64,000 nt of DNA from an uncultured Gaiellaceae bacterium (GCA_963822885.1 CAWGJJ010000001.1:6349-70348), one strand, 5' to 3'; numbered from the stretch's first letter, positions 9,112 to 17,288 are shown. Numbers and translations are program-made. Notes: generated from the letters alone by a model not told the origin.

Positions 9112-10464
9112 CTAGAAGCGGATTTCCTGGAGCGCCTCTGCGGCGTTCCGGTAGAGACGCGCTGCCTCGCGGTCCGAACCACGTCGTGCCGCGAGGTCTC
9201 CCAGTGCAACCCACGCCTCCGTCCGATGGCTGATCGACGCGAGCTGCTCTGCAGCCGCATCAGCCGCCCGGAAGCACTCTTCCGCCTCATCCAGTCGTCC
9301 GCGCTCCAGCAACGCTCGTCCCAGAACGAGCTGCGACGGACAGACCTCGTGGAGGTAGTCCTCCCGACCCTGCAGAAGCTCGAGCGCACTCCGCGCATGT
9401 CGCTCCGCCTGGTCGTACTCGCCCCGGTTCAGATGAACCCGGGCGATCCCCTCGAGCGCCTGTGCGGCGTCCGCAGGGGAATCGGTGTCGAGCGCCCGCG
9501 AGTAGGACGCCTTGAGGTGCTCGACGGCGTTCTCCTCGTCGCCGAGGAGGAGCGTCAGCCCGCCGAGCATGAGGAGAAGCCGGCCGACGTTGCGGTCGTC
9601 GTTCAGCTGCTGGTACAGCTCCTTCGCCCGCTGCGCGTAGCCGCGCGACAGCACGTAGTGACCCTGCCGCTGCGACACGAGCGACGCCTGGAAATACGCA
9701 TTCGCGATGGCCCCGCGGTCACCAAGCTCCTGCGCGAGCTCGAGTGCACGCTCCACGTCGTCGTGGGCGGCGACGTAGTCACGAAGGCTGCGATGGCAGC
9801 GCGAGCGGCGCTGCAGGATGTCCGAGCGCAGCAGATCGCACGGCAGGCCCGATCGTTCCGCGAGTGCCAGCGATTCGTCGAACAGGGCGATCGCGGTGGA
9901 GACGCTCGAAAGCTTGTAGCGACAGACCGCAAGGCGGTAGAGAACGTCAGCCAGATCGAGATCCGAGAAGCCACCCTGCTCGACGAGCTCGCGGGCTCGC
10001 ACAAGCAGACCGATCGCCTCCTTGACCTGCCCGACCTCCTGCAGTGCCCAGGCCTGGCCGGTAAGAACACGGACCTCGAGGGATCGGCTCGCCGTCCCCT
10101 CCACGCCTGGACGCAGCTCGCGATAGGCCTCCACCGCATCGTCGTACCGATGAGCGGCGGACAGCGCCTCGGCGCGAAGGAGAGCCGCTTCGAGCCTCGC
10201 ACGGTCTTCCGTCGAGACACCGGACGAGAGCAGAGCCGGATCCACGCCGAGCCGCTCGGCCAGCCAGGCGACGGTCGACTCGGTCGGCCGCGTCTTGCCA
10301 CGCTCGATCTGGCTGATGTACTCCTTCGAGAAGCGCTCGCCGGCGAGTTGGGTTTGCGTCAAGCCCGAGGAGACACGGAGCGCGCGGACGCGCTCGCCGA
10401 GGCGAGCGCCCGACGTGGTCGGCGCGAGCGGCGTGGCGGTTTCCTGCATGCCCACTTCAGTCAA
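9112..10464 (-). CDS. XRE-family HTH transcriptional regulator fused to a TPR-like repeat domain
   Basis: HTH_XRE motif (LRVSSGLTQTQLAGERFSKEYISQIERGKTRP) followed by ~370 aa of helical repeats rich in A/L/R/E. Start is either TTG 10464 or ATG 10449. Confidence 0.8.
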   Translation of the reverse strand: MTEVGMQETATPLAPTTSGARLGERVRALRVSSGLTQTQLAGERFSKEYISQIERGKTRPTESTVAWLAERLGVDPALLSSGVSTEDRARLEAALLRAEALSAAHRYDDAVEAYRELRPGVEGTASRSLEVRVLTGQAWALQEVGQVKEAIGLLVRARELVEQGGFSDLDLADVLYRLAVCRYKLSSVSTAIALFDESLALAERSGLPCDLLRSDILQRRSRCHRSLRDYVAAHDDVERALELAQELGDRGAIANAYFQASLVSQRQGHYVLSRGYAQRAKELYQQLNDDRNVGRLLLMLGGLTLLLGDEENAVEHLKASYSRALDTDSPADAAQALEGIARVHLNRGEYDQAERHARSALELLQGREDYLHEVCPSQLVLGRALLERGRLDEAEECFRAADAAAEQLASISHRTEAWVALGDLAARRGSDREAARLYRNAAEALQEIRF

Positions 10465-10561
10465 TCCGGATCGCGCTCCTCTTGCTCTCCCCCGCGCGGG
10501 GGATGTGCGAGTACCGCTTTCGAGTCAACTAAGGCTAGCCCAAATCACTTGACCTGGCTAC

Positions 10562-10591
10562 TTGACTTTCCGGGACGACGGCTCCTATAGT
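10562..10591 (+). promoter_or_regulatory. Sigma-70-type promoter, TTGACT-N18-TATAGT
   Basis: TTGACT at 10562..10567 and TATAGT at 10586..10591. A second TTGACC sits at 10549. The site lies in the divergent gap between the XRE-TPR regulator and the AMP-ligase gene. Confidence 0.5.
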
Positions 10592-10597
10592 CAGGCC

Positions 10598-10772
10598 CAC
10601 ACCGCAGACGATCGGACGCCAGATCGGATGCGCGGGCACCACCGCCGGATCAGGCGGGCGCAGGATGAGCGTGGCTGGGCCGCAGAGCCACGATTCGCCG
10701 GCTCGCCTTCCCCGGGAAGGGGTCGCCTCGAACGGGAAACGCCCCCGGAGCCGCAGCCGGGGGCGTTTTCGT
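10598..10772 (+). ncRNA. Candidate ~175-nt small RNA or 5' leader (class unknown)
   Basis: It is bounded by the promoter above and an intrinsic terminator. It contains several local stems (cgtggct/agccacg 10671..10693, ccgcc/ggcgg near 10642..10657). No convincing ORF starts downstream of the -10 box. Confidence 0.4.
10737..10772 (+). terminator. Rho-independent terminator
   Basis: A 12-bp stem (AAACGCCCCCGG / CCGGGGGCGTTT) with an 8-nt loop runs into TTTTCGTT. Confidence 0.65.
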
Positions 10773-10773
10773 T

Positions 10774-10803
10774 CGCGGGGGGAAACGATCGTTTCCCCCC
10801 GCG
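10774..10803. repeat. Perfect 30-nt palindrome (CGCGGGGGGAAACGA|TCGTTTCCCCCCGCG) centred on GATC
   Basis: Exact reverse-complement symmetry immediately after the terminator. It is either a second hairpin or a protein-binding site. Confidence 0.7.
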
Positions 10804-10942
10804 GGCCCCCCTTCCTCTGCGCGGCGACTGATCCGACCGCAGCTGGCCTACGGGCGAATGAATCGCCCTTCGGCCCTCATGCGCCGTTGGGTGATCAGCG
10901 GCTCTGCGAAGATCGAGCGCATGAGCGACGGGCTTCACCTGG

Positions 10943-12835
10943 GTGCCCAGCGACGCGCAGTTAGCGAGCGCGAACATTGCGCGGCTGGCTGCTTCGCTCG
11001 GGTGCTCTGGCTACGAGGAGCTTCATCGCGTCTCGATCGACGAGCCCGATCGGTTCTGGCGCGGCGTTGTCGCTGACCTCGGAATCCCGTTCTCTCGGGA
11101 TTGGGACGCGGTGCTCGACGACTCGCGGGGGATCGAGTGGACGACGTGGTTCGTCGGGGCACGGCTCAACGTCGCGAACGCGTGCGTTCACCGCTGGGCG
11201 TCCGAGATGCCCGACGCCGAGGCTGCGGTATGGGTGCCGGAGGAGGGCGAGCGACGCTCGCTGACGTGGGCCGAGTTGTCGCACGAGGTGCGCACGCTCG
11301 CGGAGGCGCTGCACGAGCTGGGCGTCGGCGAGGGCGACGCCGTCGGCACGTTCCTGCCGATGGCACCTGAAGCCGCGATTGCGTCGCATGCGTGCGCGCA
11401 CATCGGCGCGGTGCAGGTACCGATCTTCTCCGGCTTCGCCGGCCCGGCGGTGTCCTCGCGGCTGGCCGACGCCGGAGCCAAGGTCGTTCTCACCGCCGAC
11501 GCGTCGTACCGCCGCGGGAAGCTCGTCCCGATGAAGGCGGTGCTCGACGACGCGCTCGCGGACGCGCCGAGCGTCGAGAGCGTTCTCGTCTGGCGACGGG
11601 CCGGCGTCGAGTGCCCGATGACGGCGGATCGCGACGCGTGGTGGGAAGACGCCGTCGCGAAACAGCCGGGCGTGCTCGAGGCTGTCGAGGTCGAAAGCGA
11701 GGCGCCGTACCTCCTCGCGTACACGTCCGGCACGACGGGCAAGCCGAAGGGCGCTCTGCACGTCCAGGGCGGCTTTCTTCTCTCGATCGCCCGCGAGACC
11801 GCGTACCAGGCGGATCTCCACATCGGCGATCGCGTTCTCTTCTCCACCGACATGGGCTGGATCATGGGCCCGTGGACCGTCACCGGCGCGATGGCATGCG
11901 GCGCGACGATCGTGTTCATGGAAGGTGCGCCGGACCGCCCGCACGACCGCGTGTGGCAGATCGTCGCCGACGAGCGCATCACGATGCTCGGCGTCTCGCC
12001 GACGCTCGTGCGCGCGCTCATCCCGCACGGGGAGCCGGGTGCCGACCTCTCCTCGCTCCGGTCCGTCGTCACGACGGGCGAGCCCTGGAACAGCGGCCCG
12101 TACGACTGGTTGGACGAGCACGTCTGCGGCGCCGGACGAATCCCGATCGTCAATTGCTCCGGCGGCACCGAGGTCGGCGCGTGCTTCCTGTCGGTCACGA
12201 TGCTCGCGCCGACGAAGCCGGTGTCGGTCGGGTTCCCGGCGCTCGGCGAGGACATGGACGTCTTCGGAGACGACGGCAGGCCGCTGCGCGGCGAGGTCGG
12301 CGAGCTCGTCTGCAAGCGCGCGTGGCCGGGAATGACCCGCGGGATCTGGGGTGACGACGAGCGGTATCTCGAAACGTACTGGCGACGCTTTCCCGGCGTG
12401 TGGACACACGGCGACTGGGCGTCGGTCGACGAGGACGGCTACTGGTTTCTCCACGGACGCTCGGACGACACACTCAACATCGCGGGCAAGAGGATCGGGC
12501 CGGCCGAGCTCGAGTCGGCTGCCGTGAAGCATCCGGGTGTCGTCGAGGCCGCCGCGATCGGCGTGCCGCACGAGGTGAAGGGCGAGGTCGCGTGGCTCTA
12601 TTGCGTGCTCGCGCCCGGCGCGGAGGTGACGGACGACGAGGTCGCAGCGGCCGTCGCGGACGAGCTCGGGAGGGCGTTCGCCCCCGATCGGGTCGTGTTC
12701 GTCACCGCCCTCCCGAAGACGCGCAGCGCGAAGATCGTGCGCCGCGCCGTACGTGCGCGCGCTCTCGGGCAAGATCCCGGTGACCTGTCGACGCTCGAGA
12801 ACCCCGAAGCCCTGGAGGAGATCACACGTGCCTGA
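10943..12835 (+). CDS. AMP-forming acyl/acetoacetyl-CoA synthetase family ligase
   Basis: GTG start. AMP-binding motifs YTSGTTGKPKG, TGEPW, DGYWFLHGRSDDTLNIAGKRIGPAE and a C-terminal PKTRSAKIVRR. Confidence 0.85.
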   Translation: MPSDAQLASANIARLAASLGCSGYEELHRVSIDEPDRFWRGVVADLGIPFSRDWDAVLDDSRGIEWTTWFVGARLNVANACVHRWASEMPDAEAAVWVPEEGERRSLTWAELSHEVRTLAEALHELGVGEGDAVGTFLPMAPEAAIASHACAHIGAVQVPIFSGFAGPAVSSRLADAGAKVVLTADASYRRGKLVPMKAVLDDALADAPSVESVLVWRRAGVECPMTADRDAWWEDAVAKQPGVLEAVEVESEAPYLLAYTSGTTGKPKGALHVQGGFLLSIARETAYQADLHIGDRVLFSTDMGWIMGPWTVTGAMACGATIVFMEGAPDRPHDRVWQIVADERITMLGVSPTLVRALIPHGEPGADLSSLRSVVTTGEPWNSGPYDWLDEHVCGAGRIPIVNCSGGTEVGACFLSVTMLAPTKPVSVGFPALGEDMDVFGDDGRPLRGEVGELVCKRAWPGMTRGIWGDDERYLETYWRRFPGVWTHGDWASVDEDGYWFLHGRSDDTLNIAGKRIGPAELESAAVKHPGVVEAAAIGVPHEVKGEVAWLYCVLAPGAEVTDDEVAAAVADELGRAFAPDRVVFVTALPKTRSAKIVRRAVRARALGQDPGDLSTLENPEALEEITRA

Positions 12836-13588
12836 TCAGCTGGAAGGTGTTGCGCTCGTCACCGGAGGAGGGCGCGGAATCGGCGCGTCCATCGCTCGCG
12901 AGCTCGCCGACGCGGGCATGAAGGTCGCGGTCACGGGCCGCACCGCCGAGCAAGTGAACGCCGTGGCGGCCGAGATCGACGGGCTCGCGCTGACTGGCGA
13001 CGTCTCGAGTGCCGACGACGTCGAGCGCTGGGTGGCGACGACCGACGGGAGCGTCTGGGACCGATCGACCTCCTCGCGGCGAATGCCGGGATCGGTGCTC
13101 GCGACGGTGCGACATGGGAGCTGCCGGTCGACGATTGGTGGCGCGTCCAGGAGGTCAACGTGCTGGGCGTGCACCTCACCATTCGCTCCGTCGTTCCGCT
13201 CATGCTCGAGCGCGGACGAGGTCGCATCGTCATCACGGGGAGTGGCTCTGCGTACCTGCCGGGATCACAAGGCACGGCCTATTCGGCCAGCAAGGCAGCC
13301 GTGTGCCGCTACGGCGAGACACTCGCCAACGAGCTGGCCGGCCGCATCCCCGTCTTCCACTTCAGCCCAGGTCTCGTCAGGACCGAGATGACCGAACGAT
13401 ACGGCGACGACCTGCCGTGGACCCCGCCCGAGCTCGCACCGCAGCTCGTCCGGGTGCTCGCGTCGGGACGAGCCGACGCGCTCGCGGGCCGCTACATCCA
13501 CGCCGAGCACGACGACATCGAGGATCTCATCGCTCGAGCCGACGAGATCGCTGATGCCGATCTGAACGCGATTCGCCTGCGCCGCTGA
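12828..13588 (+). pseudogene. SDR oxidoreductase interrupted by one frameshift (pseudogene or sequence error)
   Basis: GGAGGAG lies 7 nt before GTG 12828, which overlaps the ligase stop. The N-terminal part (VALVTGGGRGIGASIA) is in frame 3. From about 13050 the protein continues in frame 2 (GPIDLLAANAGIG ... YSASKAAV ... PGLVRTEM) to the stop at 13588. Confidence 0.8.
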
Positions 13589-13631
13589 AATAACGCCGCG
13601 TGAACGGCGGCATCGCCTACCCTGCGCCGGC

Positions 13632-14066
13632 ATGCCGTTCTTCATCTGTCCGAACTGCAAGGAGCGGTCCGTCGACCTCGACGGCTACGACGGGTTCTCC
13701 ACGCAGGCCCTCCAGTGCCGCAGCTGTGCGTTCGGGTTTCTCTACGAGCTGCTCGAGGACTACTACCCGGCACCGGAGACCGGATTCGTCGTATGCGACC
13801 GCGACGCACGCGTGCTCGCCGCCGGACGCGGGGTGTTCGAGCTGACGGGATACCGCGACGCCGATCTCATCGGACGCGAGATCGTCGAGGCGCTCGCGCT
13901 CTCCGACCCTGCACCGCTCGATGTCGTCCGCGAGTGGGGCGTTCGGAAGATGGGCCAGGAGCTCGAGATCCGAACGAGCGCCGGTATCGAGAAGCGTGTC
14001 GTCATCGACTTCTTCCCCGCGTACGACGACGACGGCGGCCTGCTCCTTGCGCTGACCCCGCGCTAG
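13632..14066 (+). CDS. Small protein: N-terminal Zn-ribbon (CPNC...CRSC) plus a PAS-like domain
   Basis: MPFFICPNCKERS...LQCRSCAFGF gives four Cys in 2+2 spacing. The remainder (GFVVCDRDARVLAAGRGVFELTGYRDADLIGREI ...) resembles a PAS sensor fold. Confidence 0.6.
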   Translation: MPFFICPNCKERSVDLDGYDGFSTQALQCRSCAFGFLYELLEDYYPAPETGFVVCDRDARVLAAGRGVFELTGYRDADLIGREIVEALALSDPAPLDVVREWGVRKMGQELEIRTSAGIEKRVVIDFFPAYDDDGGLLLALTPR

Positions 14067-14086
14067 GCGCGAGATATATCTCGCCC
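14067..14086. repeat. AT-core palindrome GCGCGAGATATATCTCGCCC filling the gap between two convergent stop codons (copy 1)
   Basis: It lies exactly between TAG (14064..14066, + gene) and TAG (14089..14087, - gene). Stem is GCGAGA/TCTCGC with a TATA loop. A near-identical copy is at 46379..46397. Confidence 0.7.
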
Positions 14087-14755
14087 CTACGTCTTCGGGG
14101 CGATCCAGACCTGCTGCGCGAGAGCCAGCAGCTCGCCGTCCGCAGCGAACAGCGCGGTGCCGGCGAAGAGCTTGCGGCCGTCCTCTCCCAGCGGCCACGA
14201 CGCGACGACGCACTGCTCTCCGGCCTGGGGCACGCGGTCGACGCGCGCGGTCATGCGTCCGAGCACGATGTCGCCGCGGCCTTCGGCACCGACCGCGTAT
14301 GCGCCGGGACAGTCGATGGCTGCCCAGACGATCTCCGGGCGAGACTCGGGAAGCGCGATCGGCGACGCGTGCAGCGGCTCCCGTCCCACGATCGGCCCCA
14401 CACGCAGCTCGAGCCCGTCGTCACGCACACCGCAGACGAAGCATTCGTTGAACTCCGAGCTCCAGCCCCCTGCGTTCTTGTCTCGCGCCACCTCTGCGGC
14501 GTCGAGGGACACCGGAGCAGGCGCGTCGACGTCGAGGGAAGCAGGTCGAGCATCCGCGACGAGCGCCTCCCCGTCGAGCAGGCGCACGCCGTCTCCGTCG
14601 GAGACGACGGCGAGGGGCCGATCGAGAGGCGGCGGCAGCCGCAGGGTCACCTCGACCTCTTCGGCGTCGACGAACGAGGCAAGCCGACCGCTTGCGTAGC
14701 CTCCGTTGGCCGACGTCAGCGGCCCTCGAAAGTGGCGCGGGAACATGATCTCCAT
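14087..14755 (-). CDS. Hotdog-fold (PaaI-like) thioesterase family protein
   Basis: Start is ATG 14755 (MEIMFPRHFRGP...). It has an internal ECFVCG...GLELRVGP motif typical of PaaI-type hotdog proteins. The upstream 42 codons of ORF 14087..14881 are Arg-rich and unlikely to be coding. Confidence 0.55.
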   Translation of the reverse strand: MEIMFPRHFRGPLTSANGGYASGRLASFVDAEEVEVTLRLPPPLDRPLAVVSDGDGVRLLDGEALVADARPASLDVDAPAPVSLDAAEVARDKNAGGWSSEFNECFVCGVRDDGLELRVGPIVGREPLHASPIALPESRPEIVWAAIDCPGAYAVGAEGRGDIVLGRMTARVDRVPQAGEQCVVASWPLGEDGRKLFAGTALFAADGELLALAQQVWIAPKT

Positions 14756-14805
14756 CGGCCCCACACTACTGTCTAGACTCGGTTTGTGACTGTGAGGCGA
14801 AAACC

Positions 14806-16518
14806 TTGAGAATCGCACTTGCACAACTGAATACGATCGTCGGCGACCTCGACGGCAACCGCTCGCGGATCCTCGAGTCACTCAGCGATGCGCGGGCGGC
14901 TGGAGTCGACCTCGTGGTGTACCCGGAGCTCGCCACGACCGGCTATCCACCCGAGGATCTCCTCCTCCGGCCCGGGTTCGTGCGCGCCGCACGCGCGTCG
15001 GTGGAGCAGATCGCGGCTGCAACCGAGGGCATCGTGGCACTGGTCGGAACGCCCTGGTTCGACGGCGATCTCGCGAACGCGTGCGCCGTGTGTGCGCGCG
15101 GTCGCGTGGAAGCCGTCTACCGCAAGCACTTCCTCCCCAACTACGGCGTCTTCGACGAGCACCGGTACTTCGCCGAGGGACGCGACCTCGTCGTCCTCCG
15201 GCTCGCCGAGACCTCGGTCGGCATCACGATCTGCGAGGACGTCTGGCAGCCGGGACCGCCGGCGACGGACCTCGCCCTCGCCGGAGCGCAGCTCATCGTC
15301 AATCTCTCGGCCTCGCCGTTCCACGTCGGCAAGGCGGAGGATCGCGAAGAGATGCTCGTCACTCGCGCGCGCGACGCGAGCGCCTACGTCGCTTTCTGCA
15401 ATCTCGTCGGCGGACAGGACGAGCTCGTGTTCGACGGCCACTCGGTAGTGCTCGACGACGCAGGCGACGTCCTTGCGCGCGCGCCTGGCTTCGAGGAGCA
15501 CCTTCTCGTCGTCGATCTCGACCCGACCGCCGCGATCGGGCGGCGCCTGCGAGACGCGCGACGCCGCGAGCTCGACCGCTCGCGCGACCGCGCGCCGGAC
15601 GTACAGGTGGTCGAGCTCGACGCACCCGCCGACCACGCGGACGACGTCGAGGGATCGATCACGCCGTTCGCACCGGAGCTCGAGCAGATGCGCACGGCCC
15701 TCACGCTCGGCCTTCGCGACTACGTCGAGAAGAACGGGTTCGGCGAAGTCGTCGTTGCCGTATCGGGGGGAATCGACTCCGCGGTCACCGCCGCGCTCTG
15801 CGCCGAGGCACTCGGGCCGGAGCGCGTGCACTGCGTCTCGATGCCGTCGCGCTACAGCTCGGACGAGACGCGAGGCGACGCGCGCGCCATCGCCGAGTCA
15901 CTCGGCTGCGCGTTTCGCGAGATCGCAATCGAGACGATGGTGGGTGCGTTCCACGACGCGCTGGACGCGGAGATCGAGGGCGGACTCGCCGGACTCGCCG
16001 CCGAGAACCTGCAGGCGCGCGTTCGCGGGGTGCTCCTGATGGCACTCTCGAACACCTTCGGCTGGCTCGTCGTCTCGACCGGGAACAAGTCCGAGCTCGC
16101 CGTCGGCTACTCGACGCTCTACGGGGACATGGTCGGTGGCTTCGCGCTCCTGAAGGACGTGTTCAAGACGGACGTGTACCGCCTGGCGGAGCACCTCAAC
16201 GAGCGCGCGGGGCGCGAGCTGATCCCGCGCTCCACGATCGACCGCGCGCCGAGCGCGGAGCTCCGCGACGATCAGCGCGACTCCGACTCGATCCCCGCGT
16301 ATGACGAGCTCGATCCCGTGCTCGAGGCATACGTCGAGGAGGATCGTTCACGCGAGGAGCTCGCCGCGGAGTTCGACCCTGCCGTCGTCGACCAGGCCGT
16401 TGCGCTCGTCGACCGTGCCGAGTACAAGCGCCGCCAGGCACCACCCGGCGTGAAGCTGCGGCCGAAGGCCTTCGGCCGCGACCGCCGCACGCCGATCACG
16501 AATCGTTTCGCGGGTTGA
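14806..16518 (+). CDS. nadE: Glutamine-dependent NAD+ synthetase
   Basis: TTG start. N-terminal CN-hydrolase domain (YPELATTGYPPEDL, ICEDVWQP) plus a C-terminal NAD synthetase domain (VAVSGGIDSAV, STGNKSELAVGYSTLYGD). Confidence 0.9.
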   Translation: MRIALAQLNTIVGDLDGNRSRILESLSDARAAGVDLVVYPELATTGYPPEDLLLRPGFVRAARASVEQIAAATEGIVALVGTPWFDGDLANACAVCARGRVEAVYRKHFLPNYGVFDEHRYFAEGRDLVVLRLAETSVGITICEDVWQPGPPATDLALAGAQLIVNLSASPFHVGKAEDREEMLVTRARDASAYVAFCNLVGGQDELVFDGHSVVLDDAGDVLARAPGFEEHLLVVDLDPTAAIGRRLRDARRRELDRSRDRAPDVQVVELDAPADHADDVEGSITPFAPELEQMRTALTLGLRDYVEKNGFGEVVVAVSGGIDSAVTAALCAEALGPERVHCVSMPSRYSSDETRGDARAIAESLGCAFREIAIETMVGAFHDALDAEIEGGLAGLAAENLQARVRGVLLMALSNTFGWLVVSTGNKSELAVGYSTLYGDMVGGFALLKDVFKTDVYRLAEHLNERAGRELIPRSTIDRAPSAELRDDQRDSDSIPAYDELDPVLEAYVEEDRSREELAAEFDPAVVDQAVALVDRAEYKRRQAPPGVKLRPKAFGRDRRTPITNRFAG

Positions 16519-17044
16519 CAGGCGGGACGGGAACGCGTCCAGCCGACCAACTCGCGCAAGTCGCGAAACCAGCGAAGCCGCTCGTCCCACGGGACGGCGG
16601 CATTCGCCGGTGACGTCGACGGCAGGACGAAGAGCGCCGTCTCGCCGAGCACCCGCTCCTGGAGACCGTGCTCGGGACGTTCTCGAAACGGTCCTTGGTA
16701 GGCGGCCTTGCCGACGAACCCGATCGCTTGAGGAGCCAGCTCGGACGCGATCGCTTCGAGTCGCTCGCGCGATCCCGCGAAGTCGGCGGCGCGGAGATCG
16801 CTCGAGCCTCGCGTCGTGCGGCGCGCCGCATTCGTCAGGCCGATCCCGTACGCAAGGAGCTCGCGAAACTCATGCGGCTCGAGGAGGCGTGGTGTAAACG
16901 CGGCAGCGTGAAGGAGGCGCCAGAAGTCGTTCCGAGGATTCGCGAACGGAGCACCCGCCGCGGCGCTCGCACGCCCGGGGTTGATCCCGCAGAAGACGAC
17001 GCGCACGCCGGGCGCGAGGACGTCGGGAACTGCAGATGCGGTCA
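16272..17044 (-). CDS. mug: G/U mismatch-specific (Mug family) uracil-DNA glycosylase; both ends uncertain
   Basis: DVLAPGVRVVFCGINPG and LPSTSPAN motifs. There is no ATG/GTG/TTG between the 62-aa ORF stop and the conserved N-terminus. The ORF runs about 245 nt antisense into nadE, whereas a -1 frame would stop at 16496. Confidence 0.7.
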
Positions 17045-17230
17045 GGCCGCTTCTGGCTCGCGCGCGTCGAGGCGCAGCTCGAGAAGCATCCTGAGCCTCT
17101 CGCCGAAGTCGTCCGGCTCTGCCGACGCCGTCTGCCCTCGCGGCAGCAGCTTCACGGTGTCCTCGGTGTAGCGCCAGCCGTAGCAGCGCTCGTAGCACTC
17201 CGCCTCGCTGAGCGTCCGGAGTCGCTCCAT
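17042..17230 (-). CDS. Hypothetical 62-aa protein
   Basis: MERLRTLSEAECYERCYGWRYTEDTVKLLPRG... has a balanced, protein-like composition. The overlapping Mug-frame extension is Arg/Ala-rich by contrast. I recognise no family. Confidence 0.4.
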   Translation of the reverse strand: MERLRTLSEAECYERCYGWRYTEDTVKLLPRGQTASAEPDDFGERLRMLLELRLDAREPEAA

Positions 17231-17288
17231 TCGGCCGCAGGCTAGGTCACAGCTCGGACGGCGCGAGCACGCCGGATAGGCTCAACGC

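Noticed and set aside
10598-10772. Assignment of the candidate RNA to a known riboswitch class, such as cobalamin because of the GCCACGA/GGGAA elements, or ZTP, glycine, c-di-AMP or Mn classes.
   Set aside because: The conserved cores of these classes are not present: the B12 box GCCACTG context, the ZTP GGGTCGTGAC...CCGCCTGGGC, and so on. The downstream AMP-ligase gene is not a typical target either. The class is left unknown.
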